The notes below the pieces were generated by a model, which saw nothing but the letters and a program-made list of their open reading frames with translations, had not been told where the DNA came from and ran no database searches. This document shows positions 1-10,130 of a stretch of DNA of 64,000 nucleotides, one piece after another. The stretch comes from an uncultured virus (IMG/VR IMGVR_UViG_3300049135_000064) (lineage: Duplodnaviria; Heunggongvirae; Uroviricota; Caudoviricetes): IMG/VR virus record IMGVR_UViG_3300049135_000064, one strand, 5' to 3'. The translations under genes were made by a program, and so were the position numbers. Position 1 is the stretch's first letter. Each line of letters starts with the position of its first letter.

Positions 1-3000
1 GACCAGCGCGTGGTGCAGATGGCAGCCGACGCCGACCGTGCCGCCGACGAGGCAGCGGCGGCCGAAGCGGCAGCGACCGCCGCGAAGAACGACGCCACCA
101 CGGCGCAGAACAACGCCGCCACGTCCGCGTCGGAAGCCGCCGCGTCCAAGGCAGCCGCCGACGCAGCGGAGGCAGCGGCGAACCAGGCACGCGCCGAAGC
201 GGACGCCGCCGAGGCCGCAGCCGCGGCGTCCGCAGCCGAAGCCGCCGCAGCTGCCGGGAGGGCCGACGACGCCGCGGTGTCGGCCGGTTCCTCCAGCGCC
301 GCCGCAGCTGCAGCCGAGCAGGCCGCGGAGGACGCGCAGACCGCCGCCGACGCATCGGCCGCCGCCGCCGTGCGGGCACTGGAATCCTCGCGGACCTACC
401 AGAACGACGCCTCCAGCACCGCCGGGATCCTGATCAAGCAGGGTGTCGCCCCGACCGTGATCGACTCGCCCACCGCGATCGGCGGCAAGGCGCTGCGCAA
501 GGCCGGGTCGCTGCACGGCTGGTGGGAGGACTCCACCATCGCCGAGCCGATCGACGCGAACACGCTGTACCGGATGAGCCTCCGGGTGCGGATCACCACC
601 GTGCAGACCACAACCTCGGGCGGCGGTCTTTACTGGGGCGCGGTCGGGCTCGCCGCGGACAAGACCACGTACGTCAACTCGTCCAACGCGAACTCCTACT
701 CCAGCCAGCAGTGGACCAACCAGAACGTCAAGCCGCGCACCGACGGTGTCTGGGTCGACTACATCGTCTACTACAAGGGCATCTCCGCCGGGAACTCGTC
801 GGGGTCCGGCACGCTGGCCGCCCCCCGCATGTTCGCCAGTAACACCAAGTATTTCCGGCCGGGCATGATCCTGGACTACAACAACGGCAACGGCACGTGG
901 GAAGTCTCGCACTGGTCGCTGGACGCCATCGACCCGGTCGGGCATCAGGCGCTGCTCGACGCCGCCGCCGCGCAGACCAAGGCGAACGACGCGCACACCA
1001 ACGCGGGCAAGGCGCAGACCACCGCGAACAACGCGATCAACGCGCTGAGCCATCAGGGCAAGAACCTGTTCTCCCCGGACCCGCCGTCGGGCACCGCACC
1101 GCTCGGCACGGTCTGGACCCAGCACGACGAGACCGGCAAGTCGCTGGCGGTGTGGCAGCAGACCGCCGGGTCCGCCCCCGCCGCGGACGGCACCGGCGGC
1201 GTCGACGGCTCCAACTGGGTCAAGCGCCCGGTGCGCTCGGAGATGATCGACAACCTCGACGTCACGAAGCTCTCCGGCGGGTACATCGACGCCCTGCACA
1301 TCAACGCCTCGCAGCTGCTGATCGGCGAAACCACGCTCGGCGCGAAGATCGGCGAGTTCGACGAGACCACGCAGACCGTCGGCGGGATCACGGACCCGAC
1401 CACCGGGTTCGTCGTCGGCTCCAAGATCAGCGGCACCCTGCCCGAGGTGACGATCCCGCAGCTGGGGCAGGAGAAGATCACCAACCTGACCACCGATCTG
1501 AGCACGTTGTCGCAGGCGGCGCAGGATGCGCAGGACGCCGCGGACGCCGCCGCCGCCCAGGCCGTCTCCATCGGCCTGCTCACGGACAACAAGCTCGTGA
1601 ACCCCGGCTGGGAGGACGCCTTCGCCGGCTGGGACAGCGCCGCCCAGCACGTGCTCGACACCACCGTGTTCCGCAGCGGCAAGCAGTCCGTGCGGGTGGA
1701 CGGCCCGTCCGCGGGCGTGCGCCTCTCCCCCGAAGTCGTGAAGATCCCGGTGAACCCCGGCGAACGCTGGCTGATGGGCGTCTGGTACAGGACCACCGCC
1801 GACTACAACGGCACCGCCAGCTGGGGCAAGCTGCGCTGGGGCGCGCAGCCCAACAGCCAGTTCATCACCGCGACCACGTTCATGCCGGGCAAGGCCGAGT
1901 GGACGTGGATCCAGCTGGAGCGCACCATCGGCTCGGGCGAGACGCACCTTGAAATGATCCTCGGCACCGACCACACGGTCGGCTCCATCTGGTTCGACGA
2001 CGCGGAAATCAAGAACGTCACCGCGCTGAGGGCGGCCGAGGCAGCCGCCGCGGACGCCAAGACACAGGCCATCGCCGCCGCCGCGACCGACGCCACGAAC
2101 AAGGCCAATACCGCCCAGAGCAATGCGGAGACCACCGCCGCGAACGCCCTCGCGCCGGTGTCCAGCACCGCCACCACCGCCAAGAGCAAGGTCGACGCGG
2201 TCACCGATGCCAACGGCAAGCTGCTGGCCGGGCAAGTCGCCGGAACCCTGGCCGACACGAACATCCCGCAGCTGGCACAGTCGAAGATCACGAACCTGAC
2301 CACGGACCTCTCCGCCGTGAGCGCGTCCGCCGCCGCGGCCATGATCGCCGGGGCGCAGGTGAAGAACCCGTCCTTTGAGGACTGGCCCTCCACCGTGCCC
2401 ACCAGCTACGCGACGTTCACCACCGCCCCGACCAAGGAGACCGCCGACAAGCGGATCGGCTCGTTCGCCGCACGCTGGAACATCACCACCGCCAGTACGC
2501 AGGCAGGGCTGGGTACCGGCAGCGCGATGTCCGACCTGCCGAACCTGCAGTACGTCACGGTGGAGGTGGACTTCAAGCTGCGCTCGGGCGTGCTTTCCGG
2601 CGCGGGCATCCTGGTCGACTGGAACGGGCTCACCCCGGCCACGCTGCGCGCCAGCATCCGGCTCGCGGACGAGGTGCCGACGCCGTCGCTGAACAAGTGG
2701 TACCGGCTGACCAAGACGGTCAAGCGGCCCACCAGCACCGGCGGCACGTGGACGTCCATGGGCGGCTACCTGATGGCGAACTACTCCTCGCTGGGCACCA
2801 GCTCGGTAAAGGACATCGTCTTCGACTGGTTCAACGTCCGGCCCGCGTCGGCGCAGGAAATCGAGGCGTACGAAACGAGCCTCAAGGTCACCGCGGTCAC
2901 CGACGCCAGCGGCAAGCTCAAAGCCGATCAGGTCGCCGGGACCCTGCCGGAAGTCACCGTCCCGCTGCTGACCACCGGCAAGATTCCGAGCCTCGACGCG

Positions 3001-5103
3001 TCCAAGGTCACGACCGGCACGTTCGGCACCGCCGTGAAGATCAACGACGGCAGTCTCAACTCGGGCATCTCCCCCGAGAAGCTGACCGGCACCGGGACGA
3101 TCCCGGAGACGAAGGTGCCGGTGCTGACCACGGCGAAGATTCCGACCCTGCCGCAGGACAAGATCACGGACCTGCCCGCGAAGATCATCGAGTTCAACGG
3201 CACCACCTCCCGGGTGGCCGGCTGGGCCGCCAGCGACGCCACGTTCATCGACGGCGGCAAGATTTTCACCGACTCGGTGAAGGCGCTGCAGATCGACACG
3301 AACGATTTCTGGGCCGACAACGCGAACATCGGCGCGGTCAAGGCCGGGCACATCGCCACGGCCGCGCTGGAGACCAAGCACTTCCGCGTCGGCGAGGTGC
3401 CGCAGAACGCGCTGGCCGTCGGGCAGGACAACCTGCTGCCCAACCCGACGTGGGCGTTCGCCGACATCCGCGAAATCTACCCGATGTCCTCCCCGTTCGA
3501 GTACAACTCGTCGGCGTCGACGTATCAGGTCGGCACCATGTCGGCGCTGCTGCGCGGCAACCAAGCCTCGAACTACGCCACCCGCGACATCGGGCCGAAG
3601 ATCAGGGTCACGCCGGGCGACAAGTTCTACATGCGCTGGACCGGCGTGCGCTACAACGCGACGATCCAGGCCTATTTCAACCTCGCGGTCTACGGGGCCG
3701 ACGGGGCGCTGGTCAACGCCAACCTGTACCCGGTGCTGATGACCTCCGCCGCGCCGAACCTCGCGTACGTCGTCTACGAAGGTGTCGTCACGGTCCCGGC
3801 AGGCGGCTTTGAAATCCTGCCGCAGCTCAAATACAACGGGGCCACCGCCGACCCGGTCTCCTCGTGGTGGGCGTTCTCCGACATGGCGCTGCGCAAGGTG
3901 CTGTCCTCGACCAACGCCGTCGGCCAGTCGGTGGAGGTCACCCCGCAGGGCGTGAAGATGTTCCACTCCAACGGCGCGAAGGCCATGGAGCTGATGGCCG
4001 ACGGCATCCGGCAGTGGAACTCCAGCGGCGGGCAGCTGGTGGACATCGGCTCCGGCGGGGAGAACCTGATCACGGGCCGGTTCCAGACCGCGCCGGACGG
4101 GCAGACCTCCGTCGTCGCCACGAACTTCACGTCGCTGGGCGCACGGCCGGGCATCTTCCTGACCCAGACCGGCACGATCAACGGCGCGGACGGCGGCATC
4201 TACTCCGACGACGAGTGGGACACCTACATCCGCGGCCGGAACATGGCGGGCACCGGGCAGGCGTACCTGCGTCTCGGCGTGGAGCCCGGCGGGGCCCGCC
4301 GCCCCTACATCCAGTCCACGACGATCCGCGACATCACGGTCAGCAAGAGCCAGGGCAACCCCGTGATGATCATGACCAACGGCAGCCTCGGCGTGCTCAC
4401 CGGCCCGCCGGACTTCACGTTCTACGGCGACGCGTACATCGCCACCTGCACCTCCGGGTACGCGGGCATCCAGGGCTGGTCCGGCGTCGGCAACGACTGG
4501 TCGGTGCCGCTCAAGAACACCTACGACGGCGGGCTGGTGGGCATCCGCAACGGCTCCGGCGGCGACTCGCACGTCTACTCCAACATCATCTACCCCAAGA
4601 CCACCGGATCCAGCGCGAACGTGCACATCTCCTCCGGCGGCTACCTCCTGCGCTACTCCAGCTCCGACAAGTACAAGGTAGCGGTGGAGCAGGAGACCGG
4701 TGCCGACGTCGCGCAGCGGTTCGTCGACGACGTCGACTTCTACTCGTGGTACGACAAGGGGCAGTCCGAGCGGCTGGCCGAGTTCCTGGACCGCAAGGCC
4801 AAGGGCAAGCCGCTGACCAACAGCGAGGGCGAACCGCTGGACATCATGGTCCCGCCGGGCGGGCCGCAGAAGCGGATCGGCCTGATGGCCGAACAGCTGA
4901 TGGCGAAGGGCCTGGACAAGTACGTGCAGGTCGACGACGACACCGGCGAGCCCGAAGGCGTCGAGTACGACAAGATCGGCATCCTGTGGATCCCGGCCAT
5001 CCGGGAGCGGGACAAGACCATCGCCGCGCAGTCGCAGCGGATCGACGACCTCGAACAGCGCCTCGCTCGGCTGGAGAAGCTGGTAGCGGGAGGGAAGCCA
5101 TGA
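1..5103 (+). CDS. Giant tail fibre / minor tail protein, C-terminal part (5'-truncated), with carbohydrate-binding-like domains and a C-terminal intramolecular chaperone (peptidase S74-like)
   Basis: Open from base 1. Ala-rich stalk; jelly-roll-like modules starting NPGWE/NPSFE/NLLPNP; C-terminus SSSDKYK...IGLMAEQL...GVEYDKIG...LEQRLARLE is typical of tail-fibre chaperones. Confidence 0.85.
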   Translation, partial: DQRVVQMAADADRAADEAAAAEAAATAAKNDATTAQNNAATSASEAAASKAAADAAEAAANQARAEADAAEAAAAASAAEAAAAAGRADDAAVSAGSSSAAAAAAEQAAEDAQTAADASAAAAVRALESSRTYQNDASSTAGILIKQGVAPTVIDSPTAIGGKALRKAGSLHGWWEDSTIAEPIDANTLYRMSLRVRITTVQTTTSGGGLYWGAVGLAADKTTYVNSSNANSYSSQQWTNQNVKPRTDGVWVDYIVYYKGISAGNSSGSGTLAAPRMFASNTKYFRPGMILDYNNGNGTWEVSHWSLDAIDPVGHQALLDAAAAQTKANDAHTNAGKAQTTANNAINALSHQGKNLFSPDPPSGTAPLGTVWTQHDETGKSLAVWQQTAGSAPAADGTGGVDGSNWVKRPVRSEMIDNLDVTKLSGGYIDALHINASQLLIGETTLGAKIGEFDETTQTVGGITDPTTGFVVGSKISGTLPEVTIPQLGQEKITNLTTDLSTLSQAAQDAQDAADAAAAQAVSIGLLTDNKLVNPGWEDAFAGWDSAAQHVLDTTVFRSGKQSVRVDGPSAGVRLSPEVVKIPVNPGERWLMGVWYRTTADYNGTASWGKLRWGAQPNSQFITATTFMPGKAEWTWIQLERTIGSGETHLEMILGTDHTVGSIWFDDAEIKNVTALRAAEAAAADAKTQAIAAAATDATNKANTAQSNAETTAANALAPVSSTATTAKSKVDAVTDANGKLLAGQVAGTLADTNIPQLAQSKITNLTTDLSAVSASAAAAMIAGAQVKNPSFEDWPSTVPTSYATFTTAPTKETADKRIGSFAARWNITTASTQAGLGTGSAMSDLPNLQYVTVEVDFKLRSGVLSGAGILVDWNGLTPATLRASIRLADEVPTPSLNKWYRLTKTVKRPTSTGGTWTSMGGYLMANYSSLGTSSVKDIVFDWFNVRPASAQEIEAYETSLKVTAVTDASGKLKADQVAGTLPEVTVPLLTTGKIPSLDASKVTTGTFGTAVKINDGSLNSGISPEKLTGTGTIPETKVPVLTTAKIPTLPQDKITDLPAKIIEFNGTTSRVAGWAASDATFIDGGKIFTDSVKALQIDTNDFWADNANIGAVKAGHIATAALETKHFRVGEVPQNALAVGQDNLLPNPTWAFADIREIYPMSSPFEYNSSASTYQVGTMSALLRGNQASNYATRDIGPKIRVTPGDKFYMRWTGVRYNATIQAYFNLAVYGADGALVNANLYPVLMTSAAPNLAYVVYEGVVTVPAGGFEILPQLKYNGATADPVSSWWAFSDMALRKVLSSTNAVGQSVEVTPQGVKMFHSNGAKAMELMADGIRQWNSSGGQLVDIGSGGENLITGRFQTAPDGQTSVVATNFTSLGARPGIFLTQTGTINGADGGIYSDDEWDTYIRGRNMAGTGQAYLRLGVEPGGARRPYIQSTTIRDITVSKSQGNPVMIMTNGSLGVLTGPPDFTFYGDAYIATCTSGYAGIQGWSGVGNDWSVPLKNTYDGGLVGIRNGSGGDSHVYSNIIYPKTTGSSANVHISSGGYLLRYSSSDKYKVAVEQETGADVAQRFVDDVDFYSWYDKGQSERLAEFLDRKAKGKPLTNSEGEPLDIMVPPGGPQKRIGLMAEQLMAKGLDKYVQVDDDTGEPEGVEYDKIGILWIPAIRERDKTIAAQSQRIDDLEQRLARLEKLVAGGKP

Positions 5104-5423
5104 ACATCGTGATGGCGGCAACGCTGGATCCTGGCATCACGGAATGGCTGGGGTTCACACCGCAGCAGTGGACGCTGGCGGGTCTGCTCGGGGTGTCCGT
5201 GATGATGATCCTCACCGGTTTCCTGCGTCCCCGCCCGGATGTGATGCGCGAACTGAAAGAGGTCAAGGCGGACCGGGACCACTGGAAGGAGATGGCGTTG
5301 AGCCTGCAGGAGACGACGCGGATGCTTGCTGCCGCCACCAAGGAGAACACCGAACCGGCCAAGGCCGTCGCCGAGTTCGTTTCGGCGATGGAGGAACGTC
5401 TGGGGGCCAGCCGTGCTGAGTAG
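5100..5423 (+). CDS. Membrane protein (lysis/holin cassette)
   Basis: ATGA overlap with fibre stop; one TM segment (WTLAGLLGVSVMMILTGFL) followed by a coiled coil. Confidence 0.7.
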   Translation: MNIVMAATLDPGITEWLGFTPQQWTLAGLLGVSVMMILTGFLRPRPDVMRELKEVKADRDHWKEMALSLQETTRMLAAATKENTEPAKAVAEFVSAMEERLGASRAE

Positions 5424-5652
5424 ATGGTGGGCCCGGCTGACGGGCCGGGAACGGGATGTACATACATCCGACGAGGACGTCGCGGACATGGTCCGCGCCA
5501 AATACGAGGCGTCGCGGCTGCGCGACGAGGCCCAGGAGCTGCTCGACGACGCCCATTCCAATGCGGAAATGGTGCGCGACGGCAAGCGCGAGGACCACTA
5601 CATCGAAATCATCGACGCACTGTTCAGGGGTGAACGCAATGCAGCTGGATGA
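5413..5652 (+). CDS. Hypothetical protein
   Basis: GTG start overlapping the upstream gene; contains an in-frame palindrome copy (RDVHTS). Confidence 0.65.
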   Translation: MLSRWWARLTGRERDVHTSDEDVADMVRAKYEASRLRDEAQELLDDAHSNAEMVRDGKREDHYIEIIDALFRGERNAAG

Positions 5653-6016
5653 ATATCAGCCGGACCCGCTGATGCTGGGGGCCACTGCCCTGGCGTTTGC
5701 GGCGGTGCTCTCGGCGACGCTGGCCTACGGGCTGCTCGCGCCGTGGTGGACCTCGCGCACCGGGATCGGGTTCATGTCCACCAAGGTGTCGTTCACGGTC
5801 ATCATCGGGCTCACCCTGCTGCGCCGGATGGGGATGCCGCCGGAATACTGGCTGGCCGTCACGGCATGGCTGCTGGTGGCGGTGACGATGTTCGTCGGCG
5901 TGACGTGGAACATCCTCGACCAGCAGTTTTTCAGGAGGAGGTCCGACCGGATCAGTCCGACCGGCCGGCGGAGGAAGCACAACGATCCGAAGGGAAGAAC
6001 CAATGGAACCGACTGA
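5639..6016 (+). CDS. Putative holin (3 TM)
   Basis: Three hydrophobic segments and a basic C-terminal tail; end of late operon. Confidence 0.6.
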   Translation: MQLDEYQPDPLMLGATALAFAAVLSATLAYGLLAPWWTSRTGIGFMSTKVSFTVIIGLTLLRRMGMPPEYWLAVTAWLLVAVTMFVGVTWNILDQQFFRRRSDRISPTGRRRKHNDPKGRTNGTD

Positions 6017-6248
6017 CGAAGGCGCTCCCCCGGCCGTCACGGCCCGGACGCGCACCTATATATACGTGGGCTGCCTGATCCTGAATGTCCTCGCCGTGCT
6101 GATCTTCGGGCTCGGCGTGGTATTCGAGCTGCTCGACGCGCAGAAGGCGCTGGAGGCCGGGGCGATCGTGGTTGCCGCCATCTCCCTGATTTCCAACGGA
6201 CTCGCCGTCGGGTACCGGCCGACCCGGCCCGGCACCGACGGCCGCTAG
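6003..6248 (+). CDS. Putative holin / membrane protein (2 TM)
   Basis: RTYIY motif and two TM helices. Confidence 0.6.
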   Translation: MEPTDEGAPPAVTARTRTYIYVGCLILNVLAVLIFGLGVVFELLDAQKALEAGAIVVAAISLISNGLAVGYRPTRPGTDGR

Positions 6249-6249
6249 G

Positions 6250-6328
6250 TTTCCTTCCGCGCGCTGCCCCCCCAGGCGGAAGGAAAAACAGAGAAGCCCC
6301 GGACGATGTCTCCCGTCCGGGGCTTCTC
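6250..6328. terminator. Twin hairpins between convergent arms (bidirectional terminator)
   Basis: TTTCCTTCCGC..GCGGAAGGAAA and GAGAAGCCCCGGACG..CGTCCGGGGCTTCTC lie between convergent stop codons. Confidence 0.7.
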
Positions 6329-6341
6329 CATATATAAGGTG

Positions 6342-6743
6342 TCATTTTCCGGATGTATGTACGTCCGGCTCCAGCTCGGTGATGGTCACGTCGAACCGGT
6401 ACCAGTCCTTGCGGCCCGACTTCTCCCCGCTGGGGTGCAGGAACGGGCCGGACACGTAGGAGTCGTTGTCATCCGGCAGGATTCCCTTCCCGCCGTCGAC
6501 CAGCCCGTCGAGGACGGTCTTCATGGTCGGGTGCAGGTTCGCCACATCCCGCGGCTGCCGCGCCGGGTAGGACACGTAGGCGTCGATCTTCACGCGCCCC
6601 GTCCACTTGGGCAGTGTGCGGTGCTGGAGGCTCCCCAGCTGCCGCAGCACTTTCTTCCGCTCGGCCTCCGGTCCCCAGTGCAGGCGCTGGTTGGCGTTGA
6701 GGATGTAGCCCTTGTGGATGTAGAGGGTGAAACTCTCGGCCAT
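6342..6743 (-). CDS. RusA-like Holliday junction resolvase
   Basis: RDVANLHPTMKTVLDGLVD...DDN matches the RusA-type acidic motif pattern. Confidence 0.75.
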   Translation of the reverse strand: MAESFTLYIHKGYILNANQRLHWGPEAERKKVLRQLGSLQHRTLPKWTGRVKIDAYVSYPARQPRDVANLHPTMKTVLDGLVDGGKGILPDDNDSYVSGPFLHPSGEKSGRKDWYRFDVTITELEPDVHTSGK

Positions 6744-6753
6744 GACGGACCTC

Positions 6754-6936
6754 CTATGCGGCGTAGCGTTCTTCCACCATCATCTCCTTCGCCAGCTTCA
6801 GGTCGCGGTCGAAGTTGTCATCCGTGTTGTCGAGGTGGATGTCGCAGTATTCGCCGTCGACAGCGAGGTTGGTGCACGGTTCCGGCTGGTGGTAGTAGCC
6901 GAATCCGTAATTGACGTGTGAGCAGTATTCAGGCAT
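6754..6936 (-). CDS. Hypothetical protein
   Basis: 60-aa ORF (MPEYCSH...) with RBS, fitting the operon. Confidence 0.55.
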   Translation of the reverse strand: MPEYCSHVNYGFGYYHQPEPCTNLAVDGEYCDIHLDNTDDNFDRDLKLAKEMMVEERYAA

Positions 6937-7026
6937 GGCTTCCGTCCTTTGGGATAGGTTTGTTGTGGGGGTTGCAGGAGGCACGGTGAATGGTCAGGCA
7001 CCGTGCCTCCTGTCTGTCCGGGCGTG

Positions 7027-7314
7027 CTACCCGGCCAGATCGTTTCCATCCGGGTAGGCCTCGGCGTACTCCTCCAGCTCCCGCTGTATCCGGATGCGGT
7101 CCATCTTCTCGTCGGCGCAGGACTTGCACAGTGTGTATGTCCACGACCCTGCATCCCCGAAGCTGCGGCTGCCGCCCTCGTGGGAGGCGTACTTCTCCTT
7201 GCGGCAGCCGGAACACACGTGGTTGACCCAGCCCCTGAACCATGTGTAGCCGGTGTCATGGTCGATCAGTCGGTCTCCGACGATGGTGATGTTGTTGGTC
7301 TTGGTTGTAGGCAT
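7027..7314 (-). CDS. Zn-ribbon protein (CxxC...CxxC), paralogue of 23489-23773
   Basis: CSGC and CKSC motifs; GAAGGA RBS. Confidence 0.65.
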   Translation of the reverse strand: MPTTKTNNITIVGDRLIDHDTGYTWFRGWVNHVCSGCRKEKYASHEGGSRSFGDAGSWTYTLCKSCADEKMDRIRIQRELEEYAEAYPDGNDLAG

Positions 7315-7346
7315 GTCGATTCCTTCTTCTTGTGAACGTGTGTAGA

Positions 7347-7547
7347 TCAAAACGGCGACCCGCCGTAGATTCCCCGGAAGTCGTCCAGGGTCCAGCCCTC
7401 CAGCACCAGTCTGTGTTCGCCAACGAGGTGGATGATGATCCCCTCCTCCCCGGTGGAGCAGTATCGCTCCACGAAACAGATGCTGTGCTTCGGGATTAGC
7501 TTCCCGCCAACCTCCAGCAGGTCCGTCTTGTTTATGGTGGTAGCCAT
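7347..7547 (-). CDS. Hypothetical protein
   Basis: MATTINK... start after the palindrome and an AAAGG RBS. Confidence 0.65.
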   Translation of the reverse strand: MATTINKTDLLEVGGKLIPKHSICFVERYCSTGEEGIIIHLVGEHRLVLEGWTLDDFRGIYGGSPF

Positions 7548-7579
7548 TTCGTTTACCTTTCCGGATGTATGTACATCCC

Positions 7580-7810
7580 CTATCTGATGTGGCCCATCTT
7601 CTTCAGCTGGGCCATCAGGTTCAGCGCACCCCTGCGGTCGCTGACAGTGAAGTGGGCGACGACGGCGGCGTCCCCATCCCCGTAGATCATCACCCCCTTC
7701 CGCGTCATCTTGTACCGCGCACCGTTGGCCAGCGCGGCGGTGATCGCGGCGCGGATGTCCCGGTTGTGGCATCCGCGCCGGATCGTCTTGAGGTCCCTAG
7801 CAGAGGCCAT
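7580..7810 (-). CDS. HicA-like small protein
   Basis: Basic 76 aa; HxTxSDxR...NLxAxL pattern resembles phage HicA-like proteins. Confidence 0.45.
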   Translation of the reverse strand: MASARDLKTIRRGCHNRDIRAAITAALANGARYKMTRKGVMIYGDGDAAVVAHFTVSDRRGALNLMAQLKKMGHIR

Positions 7811-8078
7811 CGAGCCGGTCCCGGTTCTCCTGATCCTGCTTGTGCGGGAAACAGAGCATGAGCTGGACCCCGAGGTGCAGCCGGACGTACGTCGGTTCGT
7901 TGATCCCCGGCCGCTTCCCCGCCAGGAACTCGTTCCGGCACACGTCGCACTGGTAGCGGCCCTTGGCCTTGAACCGCCGCCAGTGCACCTTGTTGTGCTC
8001 CTCGTTCGCCATCTTGAGGTTCACGGCCGGCGGCTCCGGCTCCGGTTCGCCGAACAGCGGCACATCCTGGAACATCAC
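7797..8078 (-). CDS. Hypothetical Zn-binding protein
   Basis: CDVC...CxxH; coupled to both neighbours. Confidence 0.6.
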   Translation of the reverse strand: MMFQDVPLFGEPEPEPPAVNLKMANEEHNKVHWRRFKAKGRYQCDVCRNEFLAGKRPGINEPTYVRLHLGVQLMLCFPHKQDQENRDRLDGLC

Positions 8079-9151
8079 GACGACTCCTTGGCGGGAACCT
8101 CCGTCGGCGCCTTCTTCTTGGCCCGGATCTTCGGCGGCTTGGGTCCCGGGACCGGTTTGATGTCGAGTTTCTTGTACCCCTTGCGGGTGAAGCCCTCGAT
8201 GAACGTCTCGTTGTAGTCGATCCAGCGCACGTTCACCTTGCCGGTGGAACCCTGCTTGCCCTCCAGCGTCGGCTTAACCTGCTCCTGCCGCTTCTTCTGC
8301 GCCTTGATGATTTCGGCTGCCTCCTGATGCACCTCGGCTGCCGCGATCACCTCCGGATCCTCGATCAGGCCCTCGACGTCGGTGTCGTTGCCCCGGCACG
8401 TGGTCGCGTATTCGCACCACGACCAGCACCAATCACGCGGCATGTCCTTGGATGCTTCCTCGTTCTGCATCACGGCGTACTTGACGTCGTTGACCCAGTC
8501 GTCGATGAACTGGATGACATCCTCGGTGTACCGGTGAAACACCGTGTAGGGCACGATGTCCCTGCCGGACCGGTCGAAGAACACGTCGGCGACGAAGATC
8601 GGATGGTCCGCGTTGAGCGTGCCGTCGGCGATCTTGGCGCTGGCGTAGGCGTGGACCTGGAACACCTGCTGCTGGCTGGGCCCGTAGATGCGGATGGTCT
8701 CCAGTTCGGCCTTGGACTTGAGGTCCCAGACGCCTTGGTAGATGCCGTCCTCCGGCCGCTGCGCCACGAAAGGAATCACGATGTCCGCGGTGCCCGGTAT
8801 CTCGCCGCCGGACGGCAGCTTGAACGTGCCCTTGCACTGCGTCTGCCAGTCCGGGTGCAGCTTCTGGATGGCTTTCTCCACCGCGTCCCCGGCGGCTGTC
8901 CCGAAGAACGCCGCCGTCTTGTCCCGCTCGTCGCTGAACGGGGTCTGCAGCATGAGCAGTCTCGCGTAGTTCCGGCAGTGCCCTAAGTTGCTGATGCCGA
9001 TGAAATGGTCCTGCTGCTGTTTGGACCTCGGGGTGGAGTTCGCGCCATATTGGATGGCGTCGTACACCGTCTGGGACGCGGCCTCCGCCAGCGCCTTGAG
9101 GTCTATCTCCTGCTCGTTCTCCCCGAAATCGGGGATGAAGTCGTCGCTCAT
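8075..9151 (-). CDS. Cas4-like PD-(D/E)xK exonuclease
   Basis: GHC, GTADIV, WDLKS, QVHAYA and C-terminal CxxxCxxxxxC; adjacent to the annealase. Confidence 0.8.
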   Translation of the reverse strand: MSDDFIPDFGENEQEIDLKALAEAASQTVYDAIQYGANSTPRSKQQQDHFIGISNLGHCRNYARLLMLQTPFSDERDKTAAFFGTAAGDAVEKAIQKLHPDWQTQCKGTFKLPSGGEIPGTADIVIPFVAQRPEDGIYQGVWDLKSKAELETIRIYGPSQQQVFQVHAYASAKIADGTLNADHPIFVADVFFDRSGRDIVPYTVFHRYTEDVIQFIDDWVNDVKYAVMQNEEASKDMPRDWCWSWCEYATTCRGNDTDVEGLIEDPEVIAAAEVHQEAAEIIKAQKKRQEQVKPTLEGKQGSTGKVNVRWIDYNETFIEGFTRKGYKKLDIKPVPGPKPPKIRAKKKAPTEVPAKESS

Positions 9152-9226
9152 GTCAGTCTCCTGTGAAAACACATTGTGTGGGGGAATGTGTGTGCTGGTT
9201 CCGGATGTATCTACATCCGGGTTTCG

Positions 9227-9964
9227 TTACTGATTCGGTGTGGTCGAGTCGATTTCCGCCTGCTGGCGTTCGTACTCGGCCTGCCGTTCCCGGTCGCGTT
9301 CCGCGTTCATGTTCATGCTGCGCTGGAGCAGTGCCTCGTTCGCCTTGCGCTGCTCGTCGGTCAGCCCGTTGCCCGCCGGAAGCACGCGCGGCCCTTCCGC
9401 CGGCTGCTGCTCCTTCGGCGGCTTCGGCCACAGCTGGTCCGGCGAGAACACCTTCTTCACGATGTCCTGCGTCCGCCCGTTGTCGTACAGACTCAGTCCG
9501 AACTGCGTGCCAAGGTAGATCGCTGCCCGTTTCAGCGCGTCCGACTCCGCCGACTTGAGCGCCATGTCCATCGACTCCGTGATGTCCGGCTGCGCCGACC
9601 CGGCGATCGCGGACTCGGTGTAGATGGCACCGGTCTGGTGGATGGTCAGCCGCACGCTCGCCTGTGCGGTGACCTTCCAGTTCTTGCCCTGCCCCTGCGA
9701 CTGGGGCACTTCGCGCATGTCGACGATCTTCGCCTCCAGGCACTCGGCGCTGAATCCGCCGAACCCGAACACCCTGATCAATGTGGCCTTCACGTCGTAG
9801 GCCTCAAGGTACGAGAGCTGCGCCCGGCCCTGCTGGCGGTTCGCCACCCGGTCCGGATTCAGCGAGGACATCAGCACCTTCTGCTGCAGCTCGGTGATCG
9901 GTGTCCCGACCGGCAGCACCGGCTGCGGCTCGACCTGTACTTCTTCTTGCGTCTCCGTGGTCAT
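9227..9964 (-). CDS. Rad52/Rad22-family (Sak-like) single-strand annealing protein
   Basis: LSYLEAYDVKATLIRVFGFGGFS...ALKSAESDALKRAAIYLGTQFGLSLYD. Confidence 0.88.
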   Translation of the reverse strand: MTTETQEEVQVEPQPVLPVGTPITELQQKVLMSSLNPDRVANRQQGRAQLSYLEAYDVKATLIRVFGFGGFSAECLEAKIVDMREVPQSQGQGKNWKVTAQASVRLTIHQTGAIYTESAIAGSAQPDITESMDMALKSAESDALKRAAIYLGTQFGLSLYDNGRTQDIVKKVFSPDQLWPKPPKEQQPAEGPRVLPAGNGLTDEQRKANEALLQRSMNMNAERDRERQAEYERQQAEIDSTTPNQ

Positions 9965-10130
9965 TGGGTTCCTTCCGTCTTGTCTGGCTTGTCTATCTAT
10001 TGTCTCACATCTTGACATTTTTGTCTACACTTATTATCCGTAGACGGCTCTCTAAGCGTCTACAAAAACGACTCCGCCCTCCGGTGCCCCGAGGCCGTGA
10101 AAGGCCGCGAGAGGTGGCAAATCTGGCCGC

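Noticed and set aside
8075..9151. CRISPR-associated Cas4
   Set aside because: A stand-alone phage exonuclease paired with an annealase; no other cas genes.
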